Numbered from the stretch's first letter, positions 37,831 through 46,879 are shown. The stretch: DNA of 51,414 nucleotides from Clostridia bacterium (GCA_029060065.1 JAIDUT010000073.1:1-51414); one strand, 5' to 3'. The notes: generated by a model from the sequence alone, not told the origin. Numbers and translations: made by a program.

Positions 37831-38655
37831 TTACTTGTCCTCCTTTCCGCAGAATTCGCGCCATTGCTCTTCGGTGATTGACATAGAGTGACATCCCGCG
37901 CCTTTGCTGGATACCCAATCTACGCCGTAGCCCTTGATAGTATCAAGGACAATCAAAGAGGTCTTGTCCTTAACGGAAAGGGCATTGTTTATAGCGTTTT
38001 CAATAGCCTCTATGTCGTGACCGTTAATTCTTTGAGTGTGTAAGTTGAAAGCATTGCCTTTTTCGTCAAGCGGTTCTAAGGCGTTGATGTCCGCCGTCAT
38101 ACCGTCGATTTGCATACCGTTGTTGTCTATGAAAATTACGAGATTGCCAAGTCGCATATTGCCCGCGTACATAAGCGCTTCCCAAACTTGACCTTCTTGG
38201 CTTTCGCCGTCGCCGAGTATGCAAAATACCTTGTAATCTTTTTTGTCTATTCTTCCTGCAAGAGCCATACCTACTGCCGCGCTCAAGCCCTGACCGAGCG
38301 AGCCTGCCGTCATATCTATGCCGACGGTCTTGTTCATATCGCAGTGAGAGGGGAGATTGGTCCCCGGTTGGTTAAGGGTCTTAATCTCTTCCATTGGGAA
38401 ATACCCCTTTTCGGCAAGTACGCTGTAAAGCGCAGGACCTGCGTGACCTTTGCTCATAATTATTCTGTCCCTGTTGGGGTCTTTGGGATTTTTGGGGTCT
38501 ACTTTTGCAATATCGTAATATAAAACTGCTAGAAGGTCAACTATGCTCAACGCGCCTCCTATGTGTCCCACGCCCAATCTTCCTATCATCTCGACGGTAA
38601 TCTTTCGTACGTCAAGCGCTTTGGATTGGAGGTATTCCAACTTTTGTTTCTCCAT
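37831..38655 (-). CDS. transketolase, N-terminal (TPP-binding) subunit
   Basis: AAGGAG SD before ATG 38655. GHIGGALS, SKGHAGPALY and ILGDGESQEGQVWEA. Confidence 0.9.
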   Translation of the reverse strand: MEKQKLEYLQSKALDVRKITVEMIGRLGVGHIGGALSIVDLLAVLYYDIAKVDPKNPKDPNRDRIIMSKGHAGPALYSVLAEKGYFPMEEIKTLNQPGTNLPSHCDMNKTVGIDMTAGSLGQGLSAAVGMALAGRIDKKDYKVFCILGDGESQEGQVWEALMYAGNMRLGNLVIFIDNNGMQIDGMTADINALEPLDEKGNAFNLHTQRINGHDIEAIENAINNALSVKDKTSLIVLDTIKGYGVDWVSSKGAGCHSMSITEEQWREFCGKEDK

Positions 38656-38944
38656 AAACACTCCTTAAAACTCTGTAAATAACTTTTAAGCTATACCGAC
38701 TTTCGTCGATATAATTTTGTACTGACTTTATTTTAACACTATTTGCAATAAATAAAAAGTGTTTTTAAGGTAGTTTGAGCAAAAAGATTTACAAATTTTT
38801 TTTTATTTTCTTTGCGTTGAATAATAGTTTGTTTTAAGTTAGCGTTTTAATAAAGATATTGCAAAAATCTTAACGAACAGCTGTGTTAAAAAAAATCGCA
38901 TTGGCAATACTCCTCTTGATATAAAAAAATATGGAGGGAATATA

Positions 38945-40183
38945 ATGAATCCTTTTGAACTTAAACCTATGCCACAGGACAAGCAATTTTGCGATTGGTC
39001 TTGTCTTAACTCAAAGCCTTACGATAAGGAAGAAGTAAGTCCTTATACTAAGCTTCGCATAATTCTTATGAACGGAACGGAATATGAATCCGTAAATTTT
39101 TTGCACCGTTTCTCACGTAGTTGCGACAACAACGATATTCGCAGACAACTTGCCGCAACCAGAAGAGTAGAGCAACAACAGCAAAAGCGTATCGCCAATC
39201 TCAAGCCTCTCAATGAGAACATCTTGGAGCATACGATTGGCTATGAACATTTGGCTGTTGATTTGACCTGCTTGCTTGCTGAAAGAGAGAAGAACGGCTA
39301 CGTCAAGCAAGCGCTTGATTTTGCGCTTTTGGAGGATTTTGACCACCTATACAGATACGCCGACCTTTTGGAAATGGAGCAAGGCGTCAAGGCTCAAAGA
39401 CTAGTGGGCGAATACGTCGAGATTATGCCGGGCAGACCTACGATTGCCGAGCATAGACACCCATACGACAGCATAAAATATCATATCGACAGCAAGTCTA
39501 GCGATATGCTCACAGTGCTTAATACTATGATAATTACCGCCGCAGAGCAACAGACTATGAATTATTATATGAACCAAGGCGCGTTCTATGACCAATCGAC
39601 TCTTGGCAGACAGCTCTATACTGAGATTGCTATGATAGAAGAACAGCACGTAACGCAATACGGGTCATTGTTGGATACCAACTGCACTTGGCTTGAAAAT
39701 TCGCTTATGCACGAGTATTGCGAAGCATATCTTTATTATTCTTGCTATATGGACGAAACCGACAAACGTATTAAGGGGCTGTGGGAACAACTCTTTGAGC
39801 AGGAAGTTGCGCATTTGCATACCTCGGCGCAAATGCTCAAGAAGTATGAGAAGAAAGATTGGCAACAAGTTATACCAATCGGCGAATTCCCTGAACTTTT
39901 GGCTTTCCATTCTTGCAAAGACTACGTTCGTCAACAGCTTGAGAGCGTTAGACTTACGTCTGATAGAGAGAACTATATCAACGTAAATGAATTGCCTAAG
40001 AATAGCGATTTCTTTAACTATCAGAGTATCGTAAATCCAAAGACTGCAAACGTAGCTTCTCACAAGGTAATCGACGATTATATCGATAAGAAGGGTATCG
40101 ATTATCGCTATCAAATTGCAGAGCATCCTATCGACGCGTTGAGAGATAGACACAAGGATAATACCATCGTAGGTTTGAGATAG
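38945..40183 (+). CDS. ferritin-like di-iron carboxylate superfamily protein (hypothetical)
   Basis: GGAGGG SD. 412 aa and helical, with two ExxH motifs (MIEEQHVTQY, EQEVAHLH) plus upstream acidic helices. The family was not identified. Confidence 0.35.
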   Translation: MNPFELKPMPQDKQFCDWSCLNSKPYDKEEVSPYTKLRIILMNGTEYESVNFLHRFSRSCDNNDIRRQLAATRRVEQQQQKRIANLKPLNENILEHTIGYEHLAVDLTCLLAEREKNGYVKQALDFALLEDFDHLYRYADLLEMEQGVKAQRLVGEYVEIMPGRPTIAEHRHPYDSIKYHIDSKSSDMLTVLNTMIITAAEQQTMNYYMNQGAFYDQSTLGRQLYTEIAMIEEQHVTQYGSLLDTNCTWLENSLMHEYCEAYLYYSCYMDETDKRIKGLWEQLFEQEVAHLHTSAQMLKKYEKKDWQQVIPIGEFPELLAFHSCKDYVRQQLESVRLTSDRENYINVNELPKNSDFFNYQSIVNPKTANVASHKVIDDYIDKKGIDYRYQIAEHPIDALRDRHKDNTIVGLR

Positions 40184-40185
40184 GT

Positions 40186-40347
40186 GTTCGGCTCAAAGGG
40201 AGGCTAGGCAAATCTAAAATGCGTCTTTTCCGCCAATCTAACTCTTGGCTCACGTTGACGTACAGCAAGTACGATGACGCTCACCAAAAGTTATCTTGAC
40301 AAAAAATTCGCTATTTTATTTTTTGCCTATCTCCCTTTTCGCCGAAC
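40186..40347. repeat. long imperfect palindrome (about 160-nt rod-like hairpin)
   Basis: The outer arm GTTCGGCTCAAAGGGAGGCTAGGCAAA (40186-40212) pairs with TTTGCCTATCTCCCTTTTCGCCGAAC (40322-40347). Inner pairings are TAAAATGCG/CGCTATTTTA, TAACTCTTGG/CCAAAAGTTA and CGTAC/GTACG. Confidence 0.6.
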
Positions 40348-40471
40348 GTAAAGCTAGAAGTGAGTTAGGAGAGGGGAGTGTGCGCGGGGTAGGGTAGTTA
40401 TTCGTTAAATACGCTTGAGCGATGCTCTACTAAATTTAAGCGAATTTCCTGTTGCGTATAAAATATCTGTA

Positions 40472-40551
40472 CATATCAGCATATATACATATCAATAAAT
40501 TAATATATGAGCATACTTGCATATGAATATATTCGCATATTTACATATGCA
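40472..40551. repeat. degenerate 8-bp tandem repeat (CATATNNN), 10 units
   Basis: The units are CATATCAG CATATATA CATATCAA TAAATTAA TATATGAG CATACTTG CATATGAA TATATTCG CATATTTA CATATGCA. Confidence 0.6.
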
Positions 40552-40677
40552 GTTCAATGAAAATGACAAGGACTTCCGCTTGTCGGTTGGTTTACGTTGT
40601 TTTTAGTTTTAATTTGTTATTACCCTATTGTTATTTATATAAATTTATTTGACTTAAATACTTTGCTTGCTCTTTAC

Positions 40678-40706
40678 TTGATTTTGACGGTTCAATATGA
40701 TAAAAT
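40678..40706 (+). promoter_or_regulatory. proS promoter (extended -10)
   Basis: TTGATT (40678-40683), a 17-nt spacer ending in TGA, then TAAAAT (40701-40706). The AAAGAGG SD and ATG 40737 follow. Confidence 0.55.
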
Positions 40707-40736
40707 GTCTACGAATTTATTAAAAGAGGTAAATTT

Positions 40737-42458
40737 ATGTTATTGAGCAAGTTGGTGTGCGAGCGTACGAAAGAAGCTCCGCAAGACGCAAAAATCAAAA
40801 GCCATATCCTTTTGTCAAGAGCAGGTTTTATTAAGCAAGTGGCAAACGGCATTTATACTATGACTATGCCCTGCCAGAAGATGAGCCAAAAGATACAGGC
40901 TATCATTCGTCAAGAAATGGACGCCTTGGACGGTCAAGAAGTTCTCTTCCCTGTAGTAATGCCTAGAGAGATTTGGGATAAGTCGGGCAGATATTCGTCT
41001 ATAGGAAGCGAAATGGTGCGTTTTAAGGACAGAGCTGACAGAGATATGCTCTTGGGTATGACGCATGAAGAAGCGGCTGTACACCTTGCCAATCATATAG
41101 TAAGTTCTTACAATCAACTACCTATGATGATATATCAATTACAGACCAAGTTCCGTGACGAAGCTAGGTCGCGCGGAGGACTTATAAGAGTAAGAGAGTT
41201 TACTATGAAAGACGCCTACTCTTTCCACTCAACAAAAGAGGACTTAGAGCAGTATTATGACAAGATGTTTGACGCGTATTACCGTATTTTCAGAAGAATC
41301 GGTCTAAAGAACTTTATCGACATAAAGTCTGATAGCGGTATGATGGGCGGTAGCATTGCGCACGAATTCATGCTCCTGACCGAAGTCGGAGAGGATAGCA
41401 TAGTGCTCTGCAACGACTGCGAATATAGAGCTAATATGGAAGTAGCAGAGGGAGTAATAGATACTCCAAATAATGATGTCAAACCGTTGGAGTTGGTATT
41501 TACAGGCGAGGATAAGACTATTGAGGAAGTCGGCAAAAGATTGAACGTAGAACATAATCTCACTTGTAAAGCCGTAGTATTTGCAGTAAAGGGCAACGCC
41601 GACGAATTGGTGATAGCTTTCACAAGAGGAGATTTAGAGGTCAACGAAGCAAAACTCAAAAAGGCTTTGCTCAAGGACATAGTACCTTATGACGGCGGAG
41701 TAAGCGAAGTTTTGGCTTGCGGTAATATCGGACCTTTGGGACTTGACAAGAGTATTATTACGGTATTTGATAAGTCGCTGGAGAATATCAATTCTTTGGT
41801 AATAGGCGCTAATAAAGCAGAGTATCACTATACCGGCTTTAATTTCAAGAGAGATTTGCCCAATGCAAAATTTGTCGATATATCCAAGACCAGAAGCGGA
41901 GATAAATGTCCGATATGCGGAGGTAAGTTGAGAGTAGAGAACGGCATCGAGATAGGTAATATCTTCCAACTCGGCACTAAGTACACCAAGTCTATGGATA
42001 TGACGGTACACGGCGCAGACGGCGTGGAGTTTAACCCAATAATGGGCTGTTACGGAATAGGCGTAGGCAGAGCTATTGCGTCTATTGCTCAAGAATCAAG
42101 CGACGATAAAGGTCTGATTTTACCTATGAGCGTAGCTCCGTGGCAAGTTCATATCTGTCCGTTAAGACTCGACGACGAGAACGTCAACGCAAAAGCGTAT
42201 GAGTTGTATAACAACCTAACCAAGCAAGGAGTGGACGTGCTCTTTGACGACAGAAGCGTAGGAGCAGGCGTAAAGTTCAACGACGCGGATCTTATGGGTA
42301 TGCCTATAAGAATAGTCATTTCACCGAAGAGTCTTGTGAGCGACGAGGTAGAAATTACTTTAAGAGCCACTAAGGAATGTAAAAAGATACCTTATGCAAA
42401 TGCAATCGACGAAATCAGCGCGATAATAAAAGCGCAGATGGAAGAGTTAAAGGGATAA
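40737..42458 (+). CDS. proS: proline--tRNA ligase (bacterial type with INS editing domain)
   Basis: SHILLSRAGFIKQVANGIY, LGMTHEE, FRDEARSRGGLIRVREFTMKDAYSF and GCYGIGVGR. Confidence 0.95.
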   Translation: MLLSKLVCERTKEAPQDAKIKSHILLSRAGFIKQVANGIYTMTMPCQKMSQKIQAIIRQEMDALDGQEVLFPVVMPREIWDKSGRYSSIGSEMVRFKDRADRDMLLGMTHEEAAVHLANHIVSSYNQLPMMIYQLQTKFRDEARSRGGLIRVREFTMKDAYSFHSTKEDLEQYYDKMFDAYYRIFRRIGLKNFIDIKSDSGMMGGSIAHEFMLLTEVGEDSIVLCNDCEYRANMEVAEGVIDTPNNDVKPLELVFTGEDKTIEEVGKRLNVEHNLTCKAVVFAVKGNADELVIAFTRGDLEVNEAKLKKALLKDIVPYDGGVSEVLACGNIGPLGLDKSIITVFDKSLENINSLVIGANKAEYHYTGFNFKRDLPNAKFVDISKTRSGDKCPICGGKLRVENGIEIGNIFQLGTKYTKSMDMTVHGADGVEFNPIMGCYGIGVGRAIASIAQESSDDKGLILPMSVAPWQVHICPLRLDDENVNAKAYELYNNLTKQGVDVLFDDRSVGAGVKFNDADLMGMPIRIVISPKSLVSDEVEITLRATKECKKIPYANAIDEISAIIKAQMEELKG

Positions 42459-42460
42459 AA

Positions 42461-42784
42461 TTATAAATACGATATACCCATGAAAGCCATTGCCAGATAG
42501 CAAACCAGCGCTAGCAAAGTCATCATACAGTAAATCACAAAACCTAAAATGGAGTATCTAAAGCACAACTTGCCAAGCGAGTTGTGTCTTTTTTTAATAA
42601 TAGTTCCCACTATTGCGCCTACGGGCGGTAGAAGTATCGACAATACAGTCAAGAACCTAATGAGTATAACGTGGTGTTTGTCAAATATATTTTTGTCGCT
42701 AAAGGTACGCAAATGTTCTCCGCACGTCGGGCAGAGAACCATATCTTCATCTATTTGCGAGTTGCATTTCGGACAAGTTTTCAT
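42461..42784 (-). CDS. zinc-ribbon membrane protein (hypothetical)
   Basis: N-terminal CPKC..N13..CPTC zinc ribbon followed by two TM helices. Confidence 0.5.
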   Translation of the reverse strand: MKTCPKCNSQIDEDMVLCPTCGEHLRTFSDKNIFDKHHVILIRFLTVLSILLPPVGAIVGTIIKKRHNSLGKLCFRYSILGFVIYCMMTLLALVCYLAMAFMGISYL

Positions 42785-42792
42785 ATAAATAC

Positions 42793-43965
42793 CTATGCCA
42801 TATTCCTTTGGATTACGAATGGGGCTATTTTACCGCTTGAGTTGCTGTCTGCGCCGTAATTGACTATTTGAAGCTCTATTCTGTCACTATAGACGTCTAC
42901 GTCAAGACCTTGATATATTTTAGGTTTCAAATCGTTGGTCATATTGCCGTACAAATAACTCATAGAACCCATAAAGCAAGTTACGAAAGATTTATTGCCG
43001 TCATCGTCGTAATATTGCGTTACGCGTTGTGTAGTATCGTCTTTTATATAACAGGTTATATCTAAAGTATTACCGTCGGCATCTATCATAGTACCGTCGG
43101 AGTGGTCGTGACCGTATAGCCATATCAAGTTAGGGAAAGAAAGCAATTTCTCTTGCATATACTGCGACATACTTTCCTCAACGCCCTTGCCGGTACGCAA
43201 ATTTGCTGAAGAAGCGAGAGGAATGTGCGCAATCAAAAATACCGTTTGGTCTTTGCCGATTGATTGCAATTTGCTTACAAGCCAATCTACGCTTCCTTTG
43301 GTGTATGTGTAATTGGTACGTTGCAATATGCCGAGCAAATCGGCGGGATGCGGATTAAGACCTATGAAATGGAATCCTTTTATTTGATAATGGTATCCAA
43401 GTAAATAATCTCCGTTGCCACCGCTTTGACCTTTGTTGTCATAAAATTCGTAATAGGCGTCGTCATCTGACAGTTCGCCGATGCGGTCTTTCATAATGTA
43501 TCCGTAGAAATCAGCAGAGTTATAGTCGTAATAATATCCTTCCGTAGTCGTTACTTTGGACGAGGGGTATTTATTGAGCCCTGCGCTATAGTCGTGATTA
43601 CCGCATACGAATAAGGAATTTTTGGTAATTTTATCGGTATAATCGAGTATTTGGTCGTAGATAGAGTAGGTAAGCGACTGCTTAGGCGAGGCGCTGGAAG
43701 TAAGATCTCCGCCAAGGACTAAGGCGTCGTAATACTTGCCTTGCATTTGACCGAGGGTATCTTTTACGTTTGGTTTGAGCTTAGTGTTGACTGCGTTAAA
43801 ATAACTGTCTTTAGAATGCAAATCGCTAATACATCCTATACTCAACAACGTGCCTTTGGTATTTTTAACAGGAGGATTTTTCTCCGCGCAAGATGGCAAA
43901 AATACCGTTAATAGCAAAACGCAGAGTATGGTCATAACGCAAAATAAAAAAACAACCTTTCTCAT
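42793..43965 (-). CDS. secreted calcineurin-like metallophosphoesterase (lipoprotein)
   Basis: AAGGAG SD. Signal peptide with lipobox LPSC. Motifs are ISDLHS, GGDLT, GNHDY and GHDH. Confidence 0.75.
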   Translation of the reverse strand: MRKVVFLFCVMTILCVLLLTVFLPSCAEKNPPVKNTKGTLLSIGCISDLHSKDSYFNAVNTKLKPNVKDTLGQMQGKYYDALVLGGDLTSSASPKQSLTYSIYDQILDYTDKITKNSLFVCGNHDYSAGLNKYPSSKVTTTEGYYYDYNSADFYGYIMKDRIGELSDDDAYYEFYDNKGQSGGNGDYLLGYHYQIKGFHFIGLNPHPADLLGILQRTNYTYTKGSVDWLVSKLQSIGKDQTVFLIAHIPLASSANLRTGKGVEESMSQYMQEKLLSFPNLIWLYGHDHSDGTMIDADGNTLDITCYIKDDTTQRVTQYYDDDGNKSFVTCFMGSMSYLYGNMTNDLKPKIYQGLDVDVYSDRIELQIVNYGADSNSSGKIAPFVIQRNMA

Positions 43966-44018
43966 AATATCTCCTTAATAAAATTATATCATGTACGCGA
44001 ATATTTTGCAATACGTTA

Positions 44019-44047
44019 TTGCAATAGAGTGATATTTTTGATAAAAT
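44019..44047 (+). promoter_or_regulatory. sigma-A promoter abutting the ACT-domain gene (predicted leaderless mRNA)
   Basis: TTGCAA (44019-44024), a 17-nt spacer ending in TGA, TAAAAT (44042-44047), 6 nt, then ATG 44054. No SD. The -35 box lies inside the palindrome TATTGCAATA (44017-44026). Confidence 0.55.
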
Positions 44048-44053
44048 AAAAAT

Positions 44054-44419
44054 ATGTTATTAGAAGTACTCCAAGATAATTTTTGCGTATGTAAAATCAA
44101 TAGTGTAAGTCAAGCGGATATGCAAAGCGACTTTTTCTTTCTTGCCAAGACAGACGGCGAGGTATCTTTGGTATGCAAGGAGCAAGACGCTCCTAAAAAT
44201 TGCGTAGCGATAGAAAAAGATTGGCGAGGCATACGAGTAGTCGGAGCACTGGATTTTGCTTTGGTGGGTATACTTTCTCGACTTTCGACTATTTTGGCAA
44301 ACGCAGGCATACCTATCTTTGCCGTGTCTACTTACGATACCGATTACATTTTAGTTAAGGAAAATTGTTTCGACAAAGCATTGAGCGTACTTAAAGACAA
44401 CGGATATTTTGTAAAATAA
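44054..44419 (+). CDS. ACT-domain protein
   Basis: 121 aa. FCVCKI...FFFLAKTDGEVSLVC...WRGIRVVGALDFALVGILSRLSTILANAGIPIFAVSTYDTDYILV fits the small ACT_7-type regulatory fold. Confidence 0.5.
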   Translation: MLLEVLQDNFCVCKINSVSQADMQSDFFFLAKTDGEVSLVCKEQDAPKNCVAIEKDWRGIRVVGALDFALVGILSRLSTILANAGIPIFAVSTYDTDYILVKENCFDKALSVLKDNGYFVK

Positions 44420-44512
44420 AAAATATTTATAATTTTATTGCGTCACAGCGTAAATTACTTTATAATTAAATTAATATCAAAAGGCAAAGTCTTTTGTAGA
44501 TAAGGGGAAATT

Positions 44513-45061
44513 ATGGAAGAAAGTAAAAAGAAGATTATCAAGCAGAGCGTAATGATTGCCGTAGCGACAGTCTTTATCATTCTCGGCATTTTGTCGATAA
44601 TTCAAGCCACCGGTAGCAATGCGGGACTTGGCTATGTCAGCGCAATTCCCAACGTTATTTTGAAGTACGCCGTTGTCATTATCACCAATGCAATAGGTAT
44701 TATGCTAATGTCAACGTCGGCAGGTACGTTTGAGGGTAAAGTCAAGAATATCTTTTCAATCGCAGTGTGCGTATACAGCACTATTATGACGATACCGCTT
44801 TTATTAGCGTTCGTACTTATGTTTCCTGTAGGCGCGGGCTCGACGCTTCCGGCTTTCTTGGACGATATGGTAAGAGAAATCGTTGTAGCTTTTCAAGACT
44901 TGGTAGGCAACAACGGTTGGCAATTCGTAATCTATACGCTCGGCGTAATTATGAGCATAATATTCTTAGCCGTGCCGATTTTATCCACATATTGTACGGT
45001 TAAAGAGATTGATTTGATTAAATTAATTAAAGAAAAAGTCGTAAAAAAAGACCGCGTATAA
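44513..45061 (+). CDS. hypothetical polytopic membrane protein
   Basis: AAGGGGA SD and 4-5 predicted TM helices. No motif recognised. Confidence 0.4.
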   Translation: MEESKKKIIKQSVMIAVATVFIILGILSIIQATGSNAGLGYVSAIPNVILKYAVVIITNAIGIMLMSTSAGTFEGKVKNIFSIAVCVYSTIMTIPLLLAFVLMFPVGAGSTLPAFLDDMVREIVVAFQDLVGNNGWQFVIYTLGVIMSIIFLAVPILSTYCTVKEIDLIKLIKEKVVKKDRV

Positions 45062-45071
45062 CGCGGTTTTT
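45051..45071. terminator. bidirectional rho-independent terminator
   Basis: ACCGCGT-ATA-ACGCGGT, followed by T5 and preceded by an A-run. The stop codon lies inside the hairpin. Confidence 0.75.
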
Positions 45072-45075
45072 ATAT

Positions 45076-45525
45076 TTAATCGCTTTCGCCCAATAAATAG
45101 TCGGTCGTAACTCCAAAGTAGCAGGCGAGAGTTACTATTGCATTGGCATTTGGCGGACATTTTCCGTTCTCCCAATGATTGATTGAAGTCTTAGTTAAGT
45201 TTGTCTTTTTCGCAAGTTGAAATTGAGATAAGTTCTTTTGAGTTCTCAACTCCTTTAATCTTTTGTTAAATACTGACAAATCTACGTAAAAGTCGTCTGC
45301 GCGGTGAAGCATTGAATTATCATCGCTTACTTTTAATACGTAATCGGTGCTAACTTGAAAATAGCGAGATAAAATAATAATAGCATCGGCGCACGGAGTA
45401 AGCGAGCCTATTTCCCATAAACTTATTATGTTTTTACTATATCCAATTTCTGTACCCAATTGATTTTGCGATAATTTATTCTCTTTGCGTAATTTTCTTA
45501 TGTTAGATATAAATTTTACTTTCAT
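45076..45525 (-). CDS. XRE-family regulator with two tandem HTH domains
   Basis: Two Cro/C1-type HTH domains: LRKENKLSQNQLGTEIGYSKNIISLWEIG and LRTQKNLSQFQLAKKTNLTKTSINHWENG. Confidence 0.8.
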   Translation of the reverse strand: MKVKFISNIRKLRKENKLSQNQLGTEIGYSKNIISLWEIGSLTPCADAIIILSRYFQVSTDYVLKVSDDNSMLHRADDFYVDLSVFNKRLKELRTQKNLSQFQLAKKTNLTKTSINHWENGKCPPNANAIVTLACYFGVTTDYLLGESD

Positions 45526-45560
45526 AAGCAAATCTTCACATTATTTGCACCAACAAACAA

Positions 45561-45590
45561 TTGACATTCCAAGAATATGCACCTTATAAT
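45561..45590 (+). promoter_or_regulatory. sigma-A promoter of the 120-aa ORF divergent from the XRE gene
   Basis: TTGACA (45561-45566), an 18-nt spacer, then TATAAT (45585-45590). The track's TTG start at 45561 is the -35 box. Confidence 0.6.
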
Positions 45591-45608
45591 ATAATAAAGG
45601 ACAAAAAT

Positions 45609-45971
45609 ATGGAAAGATATTCACCGCAAGCGTTGATGTTTTCATTGCTTGCATTGCAAACTCAGGCGAAGATTGAAAATGATAAAAGCATTGGCGGTAT
45701 ACAGAAAGAAGTTTTGGAGAAGAGAAAGAACTTATTGCGTAATGCAATAGAGAATGATAAACCGTTAATGAACTTGTTTATCGGAGTAGACATAGCGCAA
45801 AGTGAATTTCAAACCGCTATCGTAACGCATTATTATAAAGAGGGCTTTATTTATGGCGCTCAACTTATGCTTGAAATTTGCGGTTACGAAAATAAAGGCA
45901 GTAACGATGAAAAATTAGATAAATTATTAAATTATTTAGATAGTTCTGATTTAGATAAAATAAATCGATAG
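45609..45971 (+). CDS. hypothetical helical protein
   Basis: ATG 45609 lies after AAAGGA. 120 aa with no motif recognised. It is divergent from the tandem-HTH regulator. Confidence 0.4.
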   Translation: MERYSPQALMFSLLALQTQAKIENDKSIGGIQKEVLEKRKNLLRNAIENDKPLMNLFIGVDIAQSEFQTAIVTHYYKEGFIYGAQLMLEICGYENKGSNDEKLDKLLNYLDSSDLDKINR

Positions 45972-46655
45972 CGCGAACAAACATTGCGCGGTGTAGTAGC
46001 TCAATATTATATAGTAGTCGTGACTTTTGGGCAATTTAAGCGTCGGCGCAAACCAAGACAATCCCAAAACGCTATCTGATGAGATAAAGAGTACGCAACC
46101 TATTAAATTGAGTAGAGTAAATGCGTTGACGCCTCTTACTATCATAAGGTTGATTGAGGAAGTGAGTATCAAGTTAAGCGCTAGATAATATATTGTCAGC
46201 ATTACGTTTTGCGCTTTGCTTGATGTGAGCACTTTGCAAGCAAAAATGATATATACGATTGGCAAAACGATGAGAGTGGGAAGCAGATAGAGTTTGAATG
46301 GCTCCAAGGTGAGGAAGTTGAACATATAGCAAAGGTGTCCGAGGAAGAAGAACGCTACGCCAACCATTTGTATAAGATTCTTTCTTTTTGGATGGGAATT
46401 ACAGTCGTAAAGACATAGGAATATATCGCCTATCAGTCCTAGTATAAGTCCAAATATCACGACAAGGGAGTAAGATTTTTCTTTGCCGTCGTGTTGAGAT
46501 AGATAGAAAGCAAGTATGCCCACGCCAACAAAGCAAAGCGACCCGCAAGTCTTTGCTATCAATTCAAAGTCGTAATTGCCTTTATTACGAGAAAACGACT
46601 TTACTATGCCAAGGACTATACAGACCGCCACCAAAACATACATTACTACTTCCAT
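45951..46655 (-). CDS. polytopic membrane protein, possibly YhhN/lysoplasmalogenase family
   Basis: 234 aa with about 8 TM helices. The size and topology fit YhhN, but no diagnostic motif was verified. The start is supported by the promoter geometry. Confidence 0.35.
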   Translation of the reverse strand: MEVVMYVLVAVCIVLGIVKSFSRNKGNYDFELIAKTCGSLCFVGVGILAFYLSQHDGKEKSYSLVVIFGLILGLIGDIFLCLYDCNSHPKRKNLIQMVGVAFFFLGHLCYMFNFLTLEPFKLYLLPTLIVLPIVYIIFACKVLTSSKAQNVMLTIYYLALNLILTSSINLMIVRGVNAFTLLNLIGCVLFISSDSVLGLSWFAPTLKLPKSHDYYIILSYYTAQCLFALSIYFI

Positions 46656-46661
46656 ACTTTC

Positions 46662-46690
46662 ATTAAACTATAAATTATAAAAAATGTCAA
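46662..46690 (-). promoter_or_regulatory. sigma-A promoter abutting the YhhN-like gene (predicted leaderless mRNA)
   Basis: The minus strand reads TTGACA (46690-46685), a 17-nt spacer, TTTAAT (46667-46662), 6 nt, then ATG (46655). No SD. Confidence 0.5.
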
Positions 46691-46879
46691 TACCCATAGG
46701 TTTACTTTTTTAACAAACAAAAGTATATTATACGAAATTTTGTCCGTTATTGTTGGCGATAATGTTTATATTTCTATTCATTGTGATTTTTCTAACTATC
46801 TATAATATTATAATTATTATATTATATCAATATTATATATGCTATTGCGACGTTCTCGAAAGGCTAACGTCTTAACCTA

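Noticed and set aside
40367-40397. G-rich tract (GGAGAGGGGAGTGTGCGCGGGGTAGGGTAG) as a G-quadruplex or small ORF with SD
   Set aside because: It has only three solid G-runs with a long middle loop. The GTG-initiated frame after the SD-like GGAGAGGGGAG stops after 5 codons.
40472-40551. CRISPR array or iteron-type origin
   Set aside because: The repeat unit is only 8 bp with no spacers, and no cas, rep or dnaA genes are nearby. The repeats are far too short for CRISPR.
40184-40736. T-box leader for proS
   Set aside because: I could not find the conserved T-box sequence (…GGTGGTACCGCG-like) or a specifier-loop/antiterminator arrangement. A good extended -10 promoter sits only about 30 nt before the proS start, leaving no room for a T-box leader.
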